IMG/VR virus record: IMGVR_UViG_2061766007_001281
Direction: 5' to 3' (one strand)
DNA from: an uncultured virus (IMG/VR IMGVR_UViG_2061766007_001281)
Lineage: Duplodnaviria > Heunggongvirae > Uroviricota > Caudoviricetes
Length of the DNA stretch: 20,000 nt
Shown: positions 1 to 9,715 of the stretch, in pieces
Numbering within the stretch: position 1 is the first letter of the stretch
Layout: the number at the start of each line of letters is the position of its first letter
Made by a program: the position numbers and the translations under genes
The notes under the pieces: model-generated
The model's input: the letters and a program-made list of their open reading frames with translations, nothing else
Told to the model about the DNA's origin: nothing
Databases searched by the model: none

Positions 1-1463
1 GGTTACCGCCACGGCGTGATATGAACCGTATGTTCTGTAACACCTCGGCTCCGCGTGTGCCGTCAGATATGAGGTCACCTTCCCACAGCGGTTCACGTGT
101 CCGTTTCATAAACCAGTCCACGTCATAGAAGTCAAAGACCTTGTTACCTGCCGACTGGAACGACTCCTCAAAGCTGGCCGGTGCCTCATTGACCATCTGT
201 GAACGTCTGGTATAGTTCAGCTCCTCATAACGGTACCACTGTATAGCTTCCAACGGCGCACCTTCGTTCCACAGCCACCAGTAATAACGGCCGGCGCTGC
301 GCCACTTGCCTTCAGGTATCTCGTTATCACGTCCGCGATACAGCCACAGGACAAACTCCGTGAGGTCCTGTATGGGCATGGTGTCATGCGGTATGAAGTA
401 GAACGGTATAAAGAGCAGGTGGAAGTTGCTCTTACCAGCCAGCGCGTCATAACAGATGTCATGGAAGAAGTCATCCGATGTCTTGGCGGTGGATTCAAAG
501 ACCTGCATGGAGAACTTCTGCTGTTTGGGAATACCACCGCTGATGTCAGCCACAAGGTCCGCTGCGCTCTTGCCGGGCGTGTCAGGCCACACACCGACCT
601 CGGTATAATGCGCACCGCTGATACGACCTGAACGTAAGCTCTCAGGACGTTCGGCCGAACCGATATATATCACACCGGGCAGAATGACGTTACCCTGTGT
701 GTCTTTTATCTGATAGCCGTGTTTGTTACCTCCGTAATTACCCAGTTTGAGTTTGACACCATGAGGCAGTCCGAGGTCCCATGCAGGATAATCCTCAATG
801 GCTTTGTCAAGCATGTTGAGTACGTTATGTGCCGCATCCTGTACGTGGGCTGCCACCGCGAATGAGTGGTAGTTATCCCAGTGGGCCAGCAGCCAGAACT
901 GGAAGAAGATACAGAAGGTGGAACCTCCCCACTGACGTGCCTTATCCAGTACCACGTTGATAGGCTCACCCTCATATAAGAGGAACATACAGAGTTTGAG
1001 CACCTGGAGCTGCGCGTAATTGAGACGGAATCGGCCACGGCCTCCCAGTTTCTGGTCTATCTTGATACAGAACCAGCTCCAGCAGCAGAAGTCATACTTG
1101 TGACGTATGCGCCGTATCTCATCCTCAATATCCTGAAAGGTAGGTATGTCATCCGACTGCCAGCGGTGCTTGTCAATGAATTTCTGTATGCCGCCTGCAC
1201 GTAGTATGTTACGTATGAGTTTCACTTTCATCATACGTTTGGGTACGTACTGGATGGGTACGGCAAAGTCACGTATGCGCAACTGGCTGCGTTCCTCACC
1301 CAGCAGCTCCGCCAGNNNNNNNNNNNNNNNNNNNNNNNNNNNNNNNNGCATACATCTGACGGCGGCGCTCGTTCTCCGCGATGATACCGCTGACAGCAAC
1401 ACGCTCCTCCTCAGTCATGCTGATGAACGGATGGTCCTCCTCTTTCTTTTTCTTCTTTGCCAT
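1..1463 (-). CDS. terL: Phage terminase large subunit (ATPase domain; runs off the left edge)
   Basis: Manual translation; absent from the ORF track because there is no stop in the window. Begins MAKKKKKEEDHPF at ATG 1463, overlapping the upstream TGA as TGATG. Walker A LDKARQWGGST at ~917-949, Walker B AHYTEVGVW at ~588-614, coupling motif FESTA at 485-499, then NEAPASFEESFQSAG. Frame changes only across the N gap 1316-1347. Confidence 0.93.
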
Positions 1464-1918
1464 CACCGTCTCATTCTAAGGGTGGAGAAAAACAGGCCGC
1501 AGGCCAGTGACGCGATATGTGCCCAACCAGCCACACCAGGCAGAAAGACCATACCCAACGTCATGAGGTAAAAGATTATGATTGCAGGCTGCCGCCAGTA
1601 CCCTTTACGGAACACAGGTGTCATAAAACCCACACTGGCATACAAGAGGTTGCTGATTCCAACTACCGGATGGGGAGCCAGCGGCCACACGGCCATAGAT
1701 ACCAGCCAGGAGCAGAGCAGCAACCAGCCTTTATTTCGGAACCGTGGCGCGTAAAGCGCCCATACCGCAATCATGTTGACCGCGAGGTGGAAGATATTGG
1801 CATGATAGAGAGGATAAGCGGCAGCGCATAACCACGGCCAGCGGCTGTCAGTCATCCAGTCAGGGACACCTGTCAGACACAGCACGCAGCATATCACTAT
1901 AATCACTATCCTCATCAT
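1463..1918 (-). CDS. Rhomboid-family intramembrane serine protease (minimal, 151 aa)
   Basis: Hydrophobic multi-TM protein. H39-x4-H44-x3-N48 (YHANIFHLAVN) matches GlpG H145/H150/N154 spacing. GIS89NLLY93ASVG matches GlpG GLS201GVVY205ALMG. AH134IASLACG141 matches GlpG H254..G261. Confidence 0.82.
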   Translation of the reverse strand: MMRIVIIVICCVLCLTGVPDWMTDSRWPWLCAAAYPLYHANIFHLAVNMIAVWALYAPRFRNKGWLLLCSWLVSMAVWPLAPHPVVGISNLLYASVGFMTPVFRKGYWRQPAIIIFYLMTLGMVFLPGVAGWAHIASLACGLFFSTLRMRR

Positions 1919-2331
1919 CGTCTGGTCCTCATGTGTTTGATGGCGGCACGGCGCTCATAAATGATGATGTGCTTGGCACGTCCGGCAGATACGAAGAACT
2001 GGGGTGCCGGTTGCTCCACCAGCTCCTCCAGTACCAGCTCACGGCTGAGACGGCAGTGCGGGTGGGCTTTGAGGTATGCGTTATATGCGTCATACAGGTG
2101 CCATATACGCTGACGGCTGTTGCTGTTGAGGCCGATAAGTGACTGGTGGGCCATGAGACGGCCGATGAGGAGGGAGGCGGTACGTGCCGATATGTAATAC
2201 TGGGGTGCCGGCTGGCGGCGCGCGTAATCCGCTGCCTCGCCTATGCTGGCAAACCGCCTGGCACTGAGCGAGCGCACATAGACCTTGTATAAGTCACGGT
2301 CACGCTGGCGTTTGAGTTCGGTATCCTTCAC
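1915..2331 (-). CDS. Basic helical phage protein with an internal duplication; putative DNA-binding regulator or small terminase subunit
   Basis: 138 aa, GTG start, Arg-rich, repeated motif QPAPQYYIS / QPAPQFFVS. First gene of the terminase operon; overlaps the rhomboid start (ATGA). Confidence 0.6.
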   Translation of the reverse strand: MKDTELKRQRDRDLYKVYVRSLSARRFASIGEAADYARRQPAPQYYISARTASLLIGRLMAHQSLIGLNSNSRQRIWHLYDAYNAYLKAHPHCRLSRELVLEELVEQPAPQFFVSAGRAKHIIIYERRAAIKHMRTRR

Positions 2332-2355
2332 CTCTTTTTACCTGTCCTTCAACGT

Positions 2356-2384
2356 CTAAGTTACATTTTCTTGGGGCTAAGATA
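2356..2384 (-). promoter_or_regulatory. Candidate leftward promoter/operator: two TAnCTTAG boxes 21 bp apart
   Basis: Minus strand TAACTTAG (2363-2356) and TATCTTAG (2384-2377), each one mismatch from the Bacteroidota -7 consensus TAnnTTTG, 25-50 nt upstream of the GTG at 2331. Confidence 0.4.
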
Positions 2385-2409
2385 GACTACCCACCTTTCA
2401 CGGCTGCGG

Positions 2410-2417
2410 TATTTTTG
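2410..2417 (+). promoter_or_regulatory. Bacteroidota-type -7 promoter box for the scaffold/capsid operon
   Basis: TATTTTTG matches TAnnTTTG, 33 nt upstream of ATG 2451, followed by an A-rich leader without a Shine-Dalgarno site. Confidence 0.6.
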
Positions 2418-2450
2418 GTAGCAAGAAAGATAACATACAACATAAAAGCA

Positions 2451-3227
2451 ATGGCAAAAGCTGATAATGAGCAGATTAAATCCGGCAGAGAGCGTCTGCT
2501 GGAGAGAGCGCAGGGCCGTTATCCCGACCGCCACTTCGTAAGACAAGAGGGACAGGACGGACAAGACGGACAGCTGGACGACCTTGACGAAGCCATCAAT
2601 GAGATGATGGATGAGGATGCGTCACAGATTGCGACCAATGCCAGCATGAACGAGAAGCTGGCAAGTATCCTGTACCGCGATCCCAAGGTCGCTGATTTCC
2701 TTAACGTACTGATTGAGACCGGTGATCCGCGTGCCGCACTGGTGGAGACCTTCGGTGACGAGCTGGCAGAGCTGGCAACCGAGGAGGGCCGTGGGCGTTT
2801 CCAGTCACAGCTGGAGGGTTACCGTGAGCGTGTACGCAGAAGTGAGGAGCTGAAAGCCGAGGAGCAGAAGAACTGGGAGGGATTCCTGGAACGTCTGGAC
2901 AACTGGGGTAACGAGCGTAACCTGACCGATGAGGAGAAAGCGTCCATCGCAGTACGACTGATTGACATAGCACAGAAAGGCGGTGTCAACATGTATGACG
3001 AAGATGATTTCAACACCGTATGGCGTGGCGTACATTATGAGGGTGACGTAGAGGCCGCACGTAATGAGGGACTGATTGCAGGACGTAACGAGCATATTGA
3101 GGCCGCACGCCGTCAGCGTGCCGCCGCCAGCTCCGCAGGGATGCCGTCCATCAGCGGCGGTCGTGGTGCCAACATGCCGGCACCCAAAGCACCGCAGTCC
3201 AAGTCCGTATGGGATGAAGTAGAGTAA
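2451..3227 (+). CDS. Putative capsid scaffolding protein
   Basis: Acidic, coiled-coil-like 258 aa with a flexible tail ending SKSVWDEVE, immediately upstream of the capsid gene. Start moved from 2415 to ATG 2451 (after CATAAAAGCA, downstream of the promoter box). Confidence 0.6.
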   Translation: MAKADNEQIKSGRERLLERAQGRYPDRHFVRQEGQDGQDGQLDDLDEAINEMMDEDASQIATNASMNEKLASILYRDPKVADFLNVLIETGDPRAALVETFGDELAELATEEGRGRFQSQLEGYRERVRRSEELKAEEQKNWEGFLERLDNWGNERNLTDEEKASIAVRLIDIAQKGGVNMYDEDDFNTVWRGVHYEGDVEAARNEGLIAGRNEHIEAARRQRAAASSAGMPSISGGRGANMPAPKAPQSKSVWDEVE

Positions 3228-3254
3228 TACGTTAAACATTTTTTCAATAAAGCT

Positions 3255-4963
3255 ATGAAAAGACTATTTGAGAATCTTTGGGGCCACAAAATGAGTGTAC
3301 TGTCAGCTCTCCTCGTGGCCGTGGCCGTTCTGCTGGGNNNNNNNNNNNNNNNNNNNNGGTGGATCCGGTGCAGGAAGCAGCTTCACCCAATCCATCAACA
3401 GACATCAACCCTTATGACGCCAGCAGCAACCCCGGCGGCCGTCCAGCAGGTGAGGCAGCTATTCCTGACGAGCAGGGTAACAACACACAGATGCCTAACA
3501 ACCCCAGCAGCGCAACCAACCTGCGTGATGCCGGTCTGTTGGCAGAGGACTATGACGAGAAAACGGTAGAGTTCCGTAAGTTCCGTTTCCCCGAAGAGAC
3601 AATCATCGCACGTGTATGTAAGCCCGTCAAGGCAAAGGATTACGTACATAAGCACTGGGTAACCGGTTCAACCGACCTGGATGCCGTATATGGCGGTGCT
3701 GACATCTCCATCACCTATAACAGCAACAACGCAACCATCGCTATTGCCAAGAGCGCCATTGAGAACTATGAGATACTCACCGAGTACTCAGACGTAGTAG
3801 TAGAGGGTGTACGCGGTTATGCTAAGGATGACGGCGGCAATCAGATCGCAGACGGTGAGCTGACATTGTTCGTACTCAACTCCGACTATGACGGCGGCAG
3901 CAAGATTCTGTTTAAGGTTCTTAATCCTCCCACCGCCAGCGGTACCACCGTTAAGATTGAGGCTAACTGCCTGCTCCATGCTATGGCAACCGCTTGCGCT
4001 GAGTCACAGATGCACGTACAGAGTGACGCATTCATCCCTGTTGACGAGGAGTGCTACCTGCAGAAGAAGATTGAGACCGTTGTTGTCACCGACCGCTTTG
4101 AGGAGAGTGAGACCAAGATGTCTTGGAAGACACGTAACCAGCTGGCTTCCGCCAAGGAGAACTTCAAGCGTAAGTGCGCACGTTCACACTGGAACGGCCG
4201 CAAGTACCGTCATCAGGAGTTCGTCAAGGAGACCGGTGGCCGTGAGGACATCTTCCACGAGAAGGGTATCCTCCGTCAGATTCCTATGCTCTACACACAC
4301 GGAGCTGAGATGAATGACGATGACTTCCTGGCACTGACTTCACTTATGTTCACCATCAACGCCACCAACGACCATGCTTACGCATTCTGCGGTAAGAAGG
4401 AGTTGCAGCGTATCATCAAGTACGCCAACAGTTCCATCAAGCATAAGGATGTGGGTAAGGTAGAGGTTAACCGCTTCGGTATCAAGATACGTAACTATGA
4501 GGATAACTTCGGCGCATTGGAGTTCATCTGGTCACAGACACTGGATGACCTGGGTTACACCGACTTCATGGCAATCCTTGACCTGGAGAATGCCGAGCGT
4601 CCTTACCTCGTTAACGACAAGAAGACCGAGCGTGACATGAGCAAGACCGGTGAGGCACGTGAAGCTAAGGAGTACAACCTGGTACGTATTGACTGCGTGG
4701 ACCTCAAGGGCCATAACGCAGTACTGGCTTGCCCCTCAACCGTGGCTGCTACCAAGACCGCACAGCTGGGTATCATAGGTGCTACCTTCTCAGCCGTTTC
4801 TGAACTGCCTTCAGGTGACGGACACCCGACCGCAGCAGAGAAACTCCTCAAGTACTTCCTCACCGCTGATGATGACACTGCTGGATTCAAGCAGTATGAC
4901 ATTGTTGAGTGGGACAGCGACCTGAGCGCATGGAAACTCTTTGAAGGTATCGTAACCGTCTAA
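3255..4963 (+). CDS. Major capsid protein (probably HK97-like fold) with N-terminal hydrophobic leader
   Basis: Joined across N gap 3338-3357: MKRLFENLWGHKMSVLSALLVAVAVLLG...VDPVQEAASP. Capsid-like motifs YLQKKIETVVVTD, EKGILRQI and YEDNFGALEFIWSQTLD. Strong high-expression codon bias (AAC/AAG/TTC/ATC/CGT). Lies after the scaffold and before a terminator. Confidence 0.75.
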
Positions 4964-4980
4964 GCAAGACAAACCTGCAT

Positions 4981-5023
4981 AATAAGGGGGAGGAACCGAA
5001 AACTCCTCTCCCTTATTTCTTTT
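4981..5023 (+). terminator. Intrinsic terminator/attenuator after the capsid gene
   Basis: AATAAGGGGGAGGA (4981-4994) pairs with TCCTCTCCCTTATT (5004-5017), one G-U pair, followed by TCTTTT. Confidence 0.75.
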
Positions 5024-5051
5024 AATAACCAACAACAAACCAACAACAACT

Positions 5052-5585
5052 ATGGCAACTAAGATTTACGGAGTGGACGGACAGCGTGAGGCAATCATCA
5101 ACGTACCACTGGGAAACGGACGCAACTCAATGAAAGTGGAGTTCAAACGCGGCAACAACCAACGTGGCGCTTATTACAAACCTGCCACACACATGGCTTC
5201 ATCAGAGGCAGAGCAGGCCATGATTGAAAGCTCACCTATGTTCAAGACGGGATTTATACGTCTGGTCAAGACCATTGAGACGGAGGATGACGTGAAGAAA
5301 GCGGCAGAGCAGAAAAAGAAATCCGAAACCGGCGCGCGTAACACACGCCAGCAGTCACAGCAGACAAAGACCGAGACCGCACCGGAACAGGAGAATGAGA
5401 AAGACAATGACGACACCACCGATGCGAACGACACCACCGTCAGCATACCGGAGGTGACTACCATAGAGGAGGCGCGTGTAGCGCTGAAAGCACACGGAGC
5501 AAACGCAGGTGTGCTGATGAACGAGACCGCCATGAAGAACTACATGGCAAAACACGGAATCGTATTCCCCAACTTTGAATTCTAA
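5052..5585 (+). CDS. Hypothetical head-associated protein (N-terminal domain, charged low-complexity linker, short helical C-terminal domain)
   Basis: 177 aa ORF with an A/C-rich leader; follows the capsid gene. Confidence 0.6.
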   Translation: MATKIYGVDGQREAIINVPLGNGRNSMKVEFKRGNNQRGAYYKPATHMASSEAEQAMIESSPMFKTGFIRLVKTIETEDDVKKAAEQKKKSETGARNTRQQSQQTKTETAPEQENEKDNDDTTDANDTTVSIPEVTTIEEARVALKAHGANAGVLMNETAMKNYMAKHGIVFPNFEF

Positions 5586-5588
5586 GAT

Positions 5589-6242
5589 ATGATAAAGCTG
5601 TATGTTGACGAAGCGATAAGCCTGGTCCGTAAGAATATGGATGAGGTGGATAGCGGCGCGGATATGATGCTGGTAGAGCCGTCCGCCACGGCGTTGGATG
5701 AGGTGATAAGCCGTACCATACCCGAAGCGGTCAATATCGTCAACAGACAGGCACCGGTGAGCTTGCTGGAAGGTAGCGAGATACCAGGCACAGCCAAGGA
5801 GTTGGTGACGGCAAATGACATATACGCCACCAAGCTCAGTCCTGCCAACTCCCTGCGTCTGCTGCGTGTCAAAGCCAATGACAGCGATTATATTGTCACT
5901 ACTACGGTGCTGGCAGACAGCCCGGAGGGACGTATGCAGCTCAACTCTTATACGTGCGGACGCTCCGATCACCCTGTGGTGGTGGAGCATCCGGACGGTA
6001 CATACATGTATTACTCACATAACAGCAACCAGGGCACGCTCCCTGTCGCTTATCACATGCCGTTATGTGAGCTGGAAAGCGGTGCGCTGTACGGCGTGGA
6101 CGTGTCACCCTCACGTAAGTACTATCTTGTGTCAACAAGGGTGAAGGATGATATTGTGCGCCGACTGACAGCATTGGTGCTGACCATATACGGCCTCACG
6201 GAGAAGGCCAAGTTATTCATAACCGCAGTGAGCAATGAGTAA
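5589..6242 (+). CDS. Putative head-tail adaptor/connector protein
   Basis: 217 aa with helical N- and C-termini around a beta-rich core. Function inferred from position and architecture only. Confidence 0.45.
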   Translation: MIKLYVDEAISLVRKNMDEVDSGADMMLVEPSATALDEVISRTIPEAVNIVNRQAPVSLLEGSEIPGTAKELVTANDIYATKLSPANSLRLLRVKANDSDYIVTTTVLADSPEGRMQLNSYTCGRSDHPVVVEHPDGTYMYYSHNSNQGTLPVAYHMPLCELESGALYGVDVSPSRKYYLVSTRVKDDIVRRLTALVLTIYGLTEKAKLFITAVSNE

Positions 6243-7035
6243 TGAACCAGTTCTTAGTCAGACAGCGCAACATAACCTTCTCATGGCGGCTCGTCAACAG
6301 ACAGGGTGAACCGTTCTCACTGAGCGGATATGATTACCGTCTCGTCTATTACACCGGTCGTGGCACCAGCGGACCGATAACTACCACACTTACAGGTGAG
6401 CATCATAACGTCCTCAACTGGACGATGACACGTGAGGAGCAGATACAGGCAGGTGTTTACTCCCTCAAACTCGTCATATTCTTTGATAACACGCTGTACA
6501 CCATCGTCCGCTATNNNNNNNNNNNNNNNNNNNNNNNNNNNNNNNNNNNNNNNNNNNNNCGGCCGAGACACGTAACCCCCATACCTGGACACAGGAGAAT
6601 GAGGAGCAGGAGCCGTTCAGCGTGACGCTGTTCTCCACCGTGGGGGCCGGCGATTCGGACACCCAGTCCATCGCACATGAGGTGGATGAGCTGGTGAGCG
6701 CACGCATACGTGCGCAGCGATACATGGTTATAAATCAGTCACTGGGAGGTAACCTGAGCTGGAGAGACAGCGAGACGGTGACCTGTAACATTGTCAACGG
6801 ATATGGTGAGGACGTGACACAGCTCTATGTCAGGTGGTACGTGACACGTGACAGCGGTGACGAGGCCAGTGATGCCGTATGGAACGCGCTGCATACCAAC
6901 ACAGGACGTCAGTTCACGATAGCTTTTGACGACCTTAACATAGACTTCGTGAACAGAACCAGTAACCTGTTCACGGTGTGGGCTGTGCCAGGTACAGGTA
7001 ACCCCCTGAGCGCGGAGATGGAATACACATTTTGA
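6242..7035 (+). CDS. Tail-associated structural protein (BppU/Ig-like N-terminus)
   Basis: ORFs 6242..6625 and 6622..7035 join across gap 6515-6559; the downstream frame is open from the gap (AETRNPHTWTQENEEQEPFSVTLF...). N-terminus ITFSWRLVNRQGEPFSLSGY resembles baseplate-upper-like domains. Confidence 0.55.
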
Positions 7036-7055
7036 GTTAACATAAAGAATGAGAT

Positions 7056-8373
7056 ATGAGCAGTAACAGATTCACATCACAGAGACGGACGACCAAGCTG
7101 GTGTTCACACCACTGACGGTGACCTGTCAGCTGAACGTGGCCAACCCCAACTCACCGGCAGCACAGGAGTATGACGCTTATGACGACTCATACAACCCCG
7201 ACCACTCGGTCTATCCTGTCAAGATACATCCTGCGGTCATGGCGTTGGATAAGGACGGACTGGGATTTCCCCAGCATGTCAACCACCTGCTGTCAATAAG
7301 CAGCGGTGACCTTGTATGGTATCTGAATGGCAAAGCCATCGGCACGGTATGGACCGCACGTCCGACCAAGACCGGTGAGGGTGACTTCTGGATAGACACA
7401 CAGGCACATGACGAGCGTGGCACACTGTGGATATTCAAGAACTTCAACCCCGATGAGACGATGGACCTTTGTTTCAAGGGTACGTTCGTGGACTGGCGCA
7501 CACAGCAGGTTATCGTCATTGAGAGTGACCATATACAGCTGTCCTGCTCATCCAAGGCACCTGATGAGATAAAGATTACCGTCAGCAAGGAGATGTTCGA
7601 GTATGATCCGTTCTTTGACACCAAGCTGCTGTATGACTTCCTGACCGCACGTGGCATATCATACACACCATCCGTAGCAGGTAAGCAGTATCCGCTGGAG
7701 ATACGTATGGCTGTGCAGACCGGACGTACAGTGATACGTACCGCATCGGACCTGCTGGATGAGGGTATGTCAGTGCAGATAGTCAGACGTGGCGCATCCA
7801 CACCGCTGACACCAGGCAGTGACAGCGCACCGGAGCTGGTGACATTCTCATTCCCTATTATCACGCTGGACTGCCGTCAGATAGACAATAACGAATATAC
7901 CGTACAGCTTATCAGGGATAATGAGGTGGTGGCATCGGTGGATTTCATCGTGGTACGTCATACCACGATGCCGAGCGTGGAGCTTACCAAACCCATGCGT
8001 GGCGTGGATATTCCCTATGGTGAGGAGTTCTATGACAACCAGGCGTTCGTAGTGGCACAGGACGGCGCGCAGGTGGTGTACCCGGAGGTGTTCTACTTGA
8101 TTAAGTGGTACACACAGCTGTGGAAGACCAGCGGCCAGTCACCTGCTTATGCCAACGCCAAGGCATGGCAGATAGGTGAGAAGCTGCAAGNNNNNNNNNN
8201 NNNNNNNNNNNCTGGAGAACGTGCTGGATACACGTTTTGACGTGTACTTCGAGCTGGAGGAGCATGCGGTGATGGGACGTTGTAAGGACACCTGCATAGA
8301 GAGCAGCAGCGATCCCAACTATGAGACGGAGTATTATTTCACTGACGAGAACAATAACCACTTGATAATATGA
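7056..8373 (+). CDS. Tail-associated beta-rich structural protein
   Basis: ORF 7056.. continues after gap 8191-8211 in the LENVLDTRFDVYF...NNNHLII frame, whose stop overlaps the next start (ATGA). Confidence 0.6.
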
Positions 8374-8582
8374 TGCACTACATTGCTGTTGACGTGGACA
8401 GGGCACGGCGATTCGGCTTTGACACGACCAATTACATTGAGGCCGGCGGTAAGGTCATACTCTGCGAGAATGACATGCGTCTGGTGAACGCGGACATCCA
8501 GCAGGCGGCCGCAGCGCTGGAGGGTACTATCATGACGGCTGGTGAGACACAGGCATGGCTTAGGGAACAATTAAACACGTAA
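8370..8582 (+). CDS. Small hypothetical tail-module protein
   Basis: 70 aa, translationally coupled to the upstream gene, same codon usage. Confidence 0.6.
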   Translation: MMHYIAVDVDRARRFGFDTTNYIEAGGKVILCENDMRLVNADIQQAAAALEGTIMTAGETQAWLREQLNT

Positions 8583-8586
8583 TGAT

Positions 8587-9696
8587 ATGGAGAGAATAAC
8601 ACATGGAACTTTTGCCGTGAGCTTCATACGCAACGGCGATGTGATTACAGCCTTCACGGAGATACGTAAAGGCTCGTCATCAGACGGCACAGCTCTGGTG
8701 CAGATATGGGATTCGGATGCAGGCAGCGTGACCGGTGCCACCGATTGGAGCAGCGGACATGAGGAGCAGCAGCCGTGGATATACTTCCACGTCCGTTCAG
8801 CAAACGGATACCCGGTTGCGGTGGACAGCATGTCATTTGCATATAACGGCACCACACTCAGCTTCACAGGTGTCAACGCATCCACATGGACCACGGCAAG
8901 TAACGACAGCCGCTTCGCAGCCAAGATAATTGACGGTGTATGGTGCATCAAGATACAGGGTAACCTCATCGCTGCCGATGTGCTGGGTAACAAACAGCTG
9001 ACATATACCGTCAACTACACGTCACTGGGTATGTCAAGCAGCATATCAGGTAACGTGCAGATATGGCTGTTGTCAGGACAGGGCAGCGCGGTACGTATGT
9101 ACCTGGTGACCAACTACAAGGAGCTGTCACTGGCTAACCCGACCGCCACCGTCACCGCATACGCCATACTGGGTACCAACTTCATAACACTGGATGGTGC
9201 GGCAGGATATAACATCAAATGGTATCACACCGATCCGGAGGATAGCAGCAACCAGATTACTGCGGCTGCGACCGCCAGCAGCATCACCGTGACACGTGAC
9301 ATGATTGAGGGTTCGGACCTGATATTCGCCAAGCTCTATTACGGACAGAACCCTGTCGTGGGCGCACATATATCCATCAAGGACGTGGATGACGTGTACC
9401 AGGTCAAGTACACACCGACCAGCACCACAGGTAACTACGTGAGTATGGACCATAACGCGCAGTACACGCTGTCACTGCTTAAGAACCTCAGCCCTTACAG
9501 CCCGACCGGTGGTATCACATGGCTGTCACGTATCTATAACATACACTCCGAGCAGATGGGTAGCGCGATCAGCGGCAGCACCATAACGGTGACACCCGAC
9601 CACTGCAAGTACTGGGAGCTGGAAGATACCAACCATGAGGGACAGGTGGGTTATGCCGATGTGGATATATCCACCACCGCGACATTCAACGACTAA
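8587..9696 (+). CDS. Tail-associated protein with tandem Ig-like beta domains
   Basis: 369 aa, Thr/Ser/Gly-rich, Ig-like patterns YNIKWYH...SITVTRDMI and ITWLSR...TITVTPD. Confidence 0.6.
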   Translation: MERITHGTFAVSFIRNGDVITAFTEIRKGSSSDGTALVQIWDSDAGSVTGATDWSSGHEEQQPWIYFHVRSANGYPVAVDSMSFAYNGTTLSFTGVNASTWTTASNDSRFAAKIIDGVWCIKIQGNLIAADVLGNKQLTYTVNYTSLGMSSSISGNVQIWLLSGQGSAVRMYLVTNYKELSLANPTATVTAYAILGTNFITLDGAAGYNIKWYHTDPEDSSNQITAAATASSITVTRDMIEGSDLIFAKLYYGQNPVVGAHISIKDVDDVYQVKYTPTSTTGNYVSMDHNAQYTLSLLKNLSPYSPTGGITWLSRIYNIHSEQMGSAISGSTITVTPDHCKYWELEDTNHEGQVGYADVDISTTATFND

Positions 9697-9715
9697 TCAT
9701 TAAACAATTACGGAT

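Noticed and set aside
217..1831. Alternative ORFs 217..615, 386..631, 706..1038, 1146..1571 and 1517..1831, and the many antisense ORFs across the window
   Set aside because: Shadow frames of the terminase, rhomboid and structural genes, with no motifs or start context.
2549..2575. GGACAGGACGGACAAGACGGACAG repeat (GQDGQDGQ)
   Set aside because: Short in-frame coding repeat in a flexible linker; too short for a collagen domain or regulatory array.
3278..3337. ORF-track capsid N-terminus MGPQNECTVSSPRGRGRSAG
   Set aside because: Non-ATG start with no leader. ATG 3255 has a typical A-rich leader 27 nt after the scaffold stop; the 3278 frame is in phase only because of the gap length.
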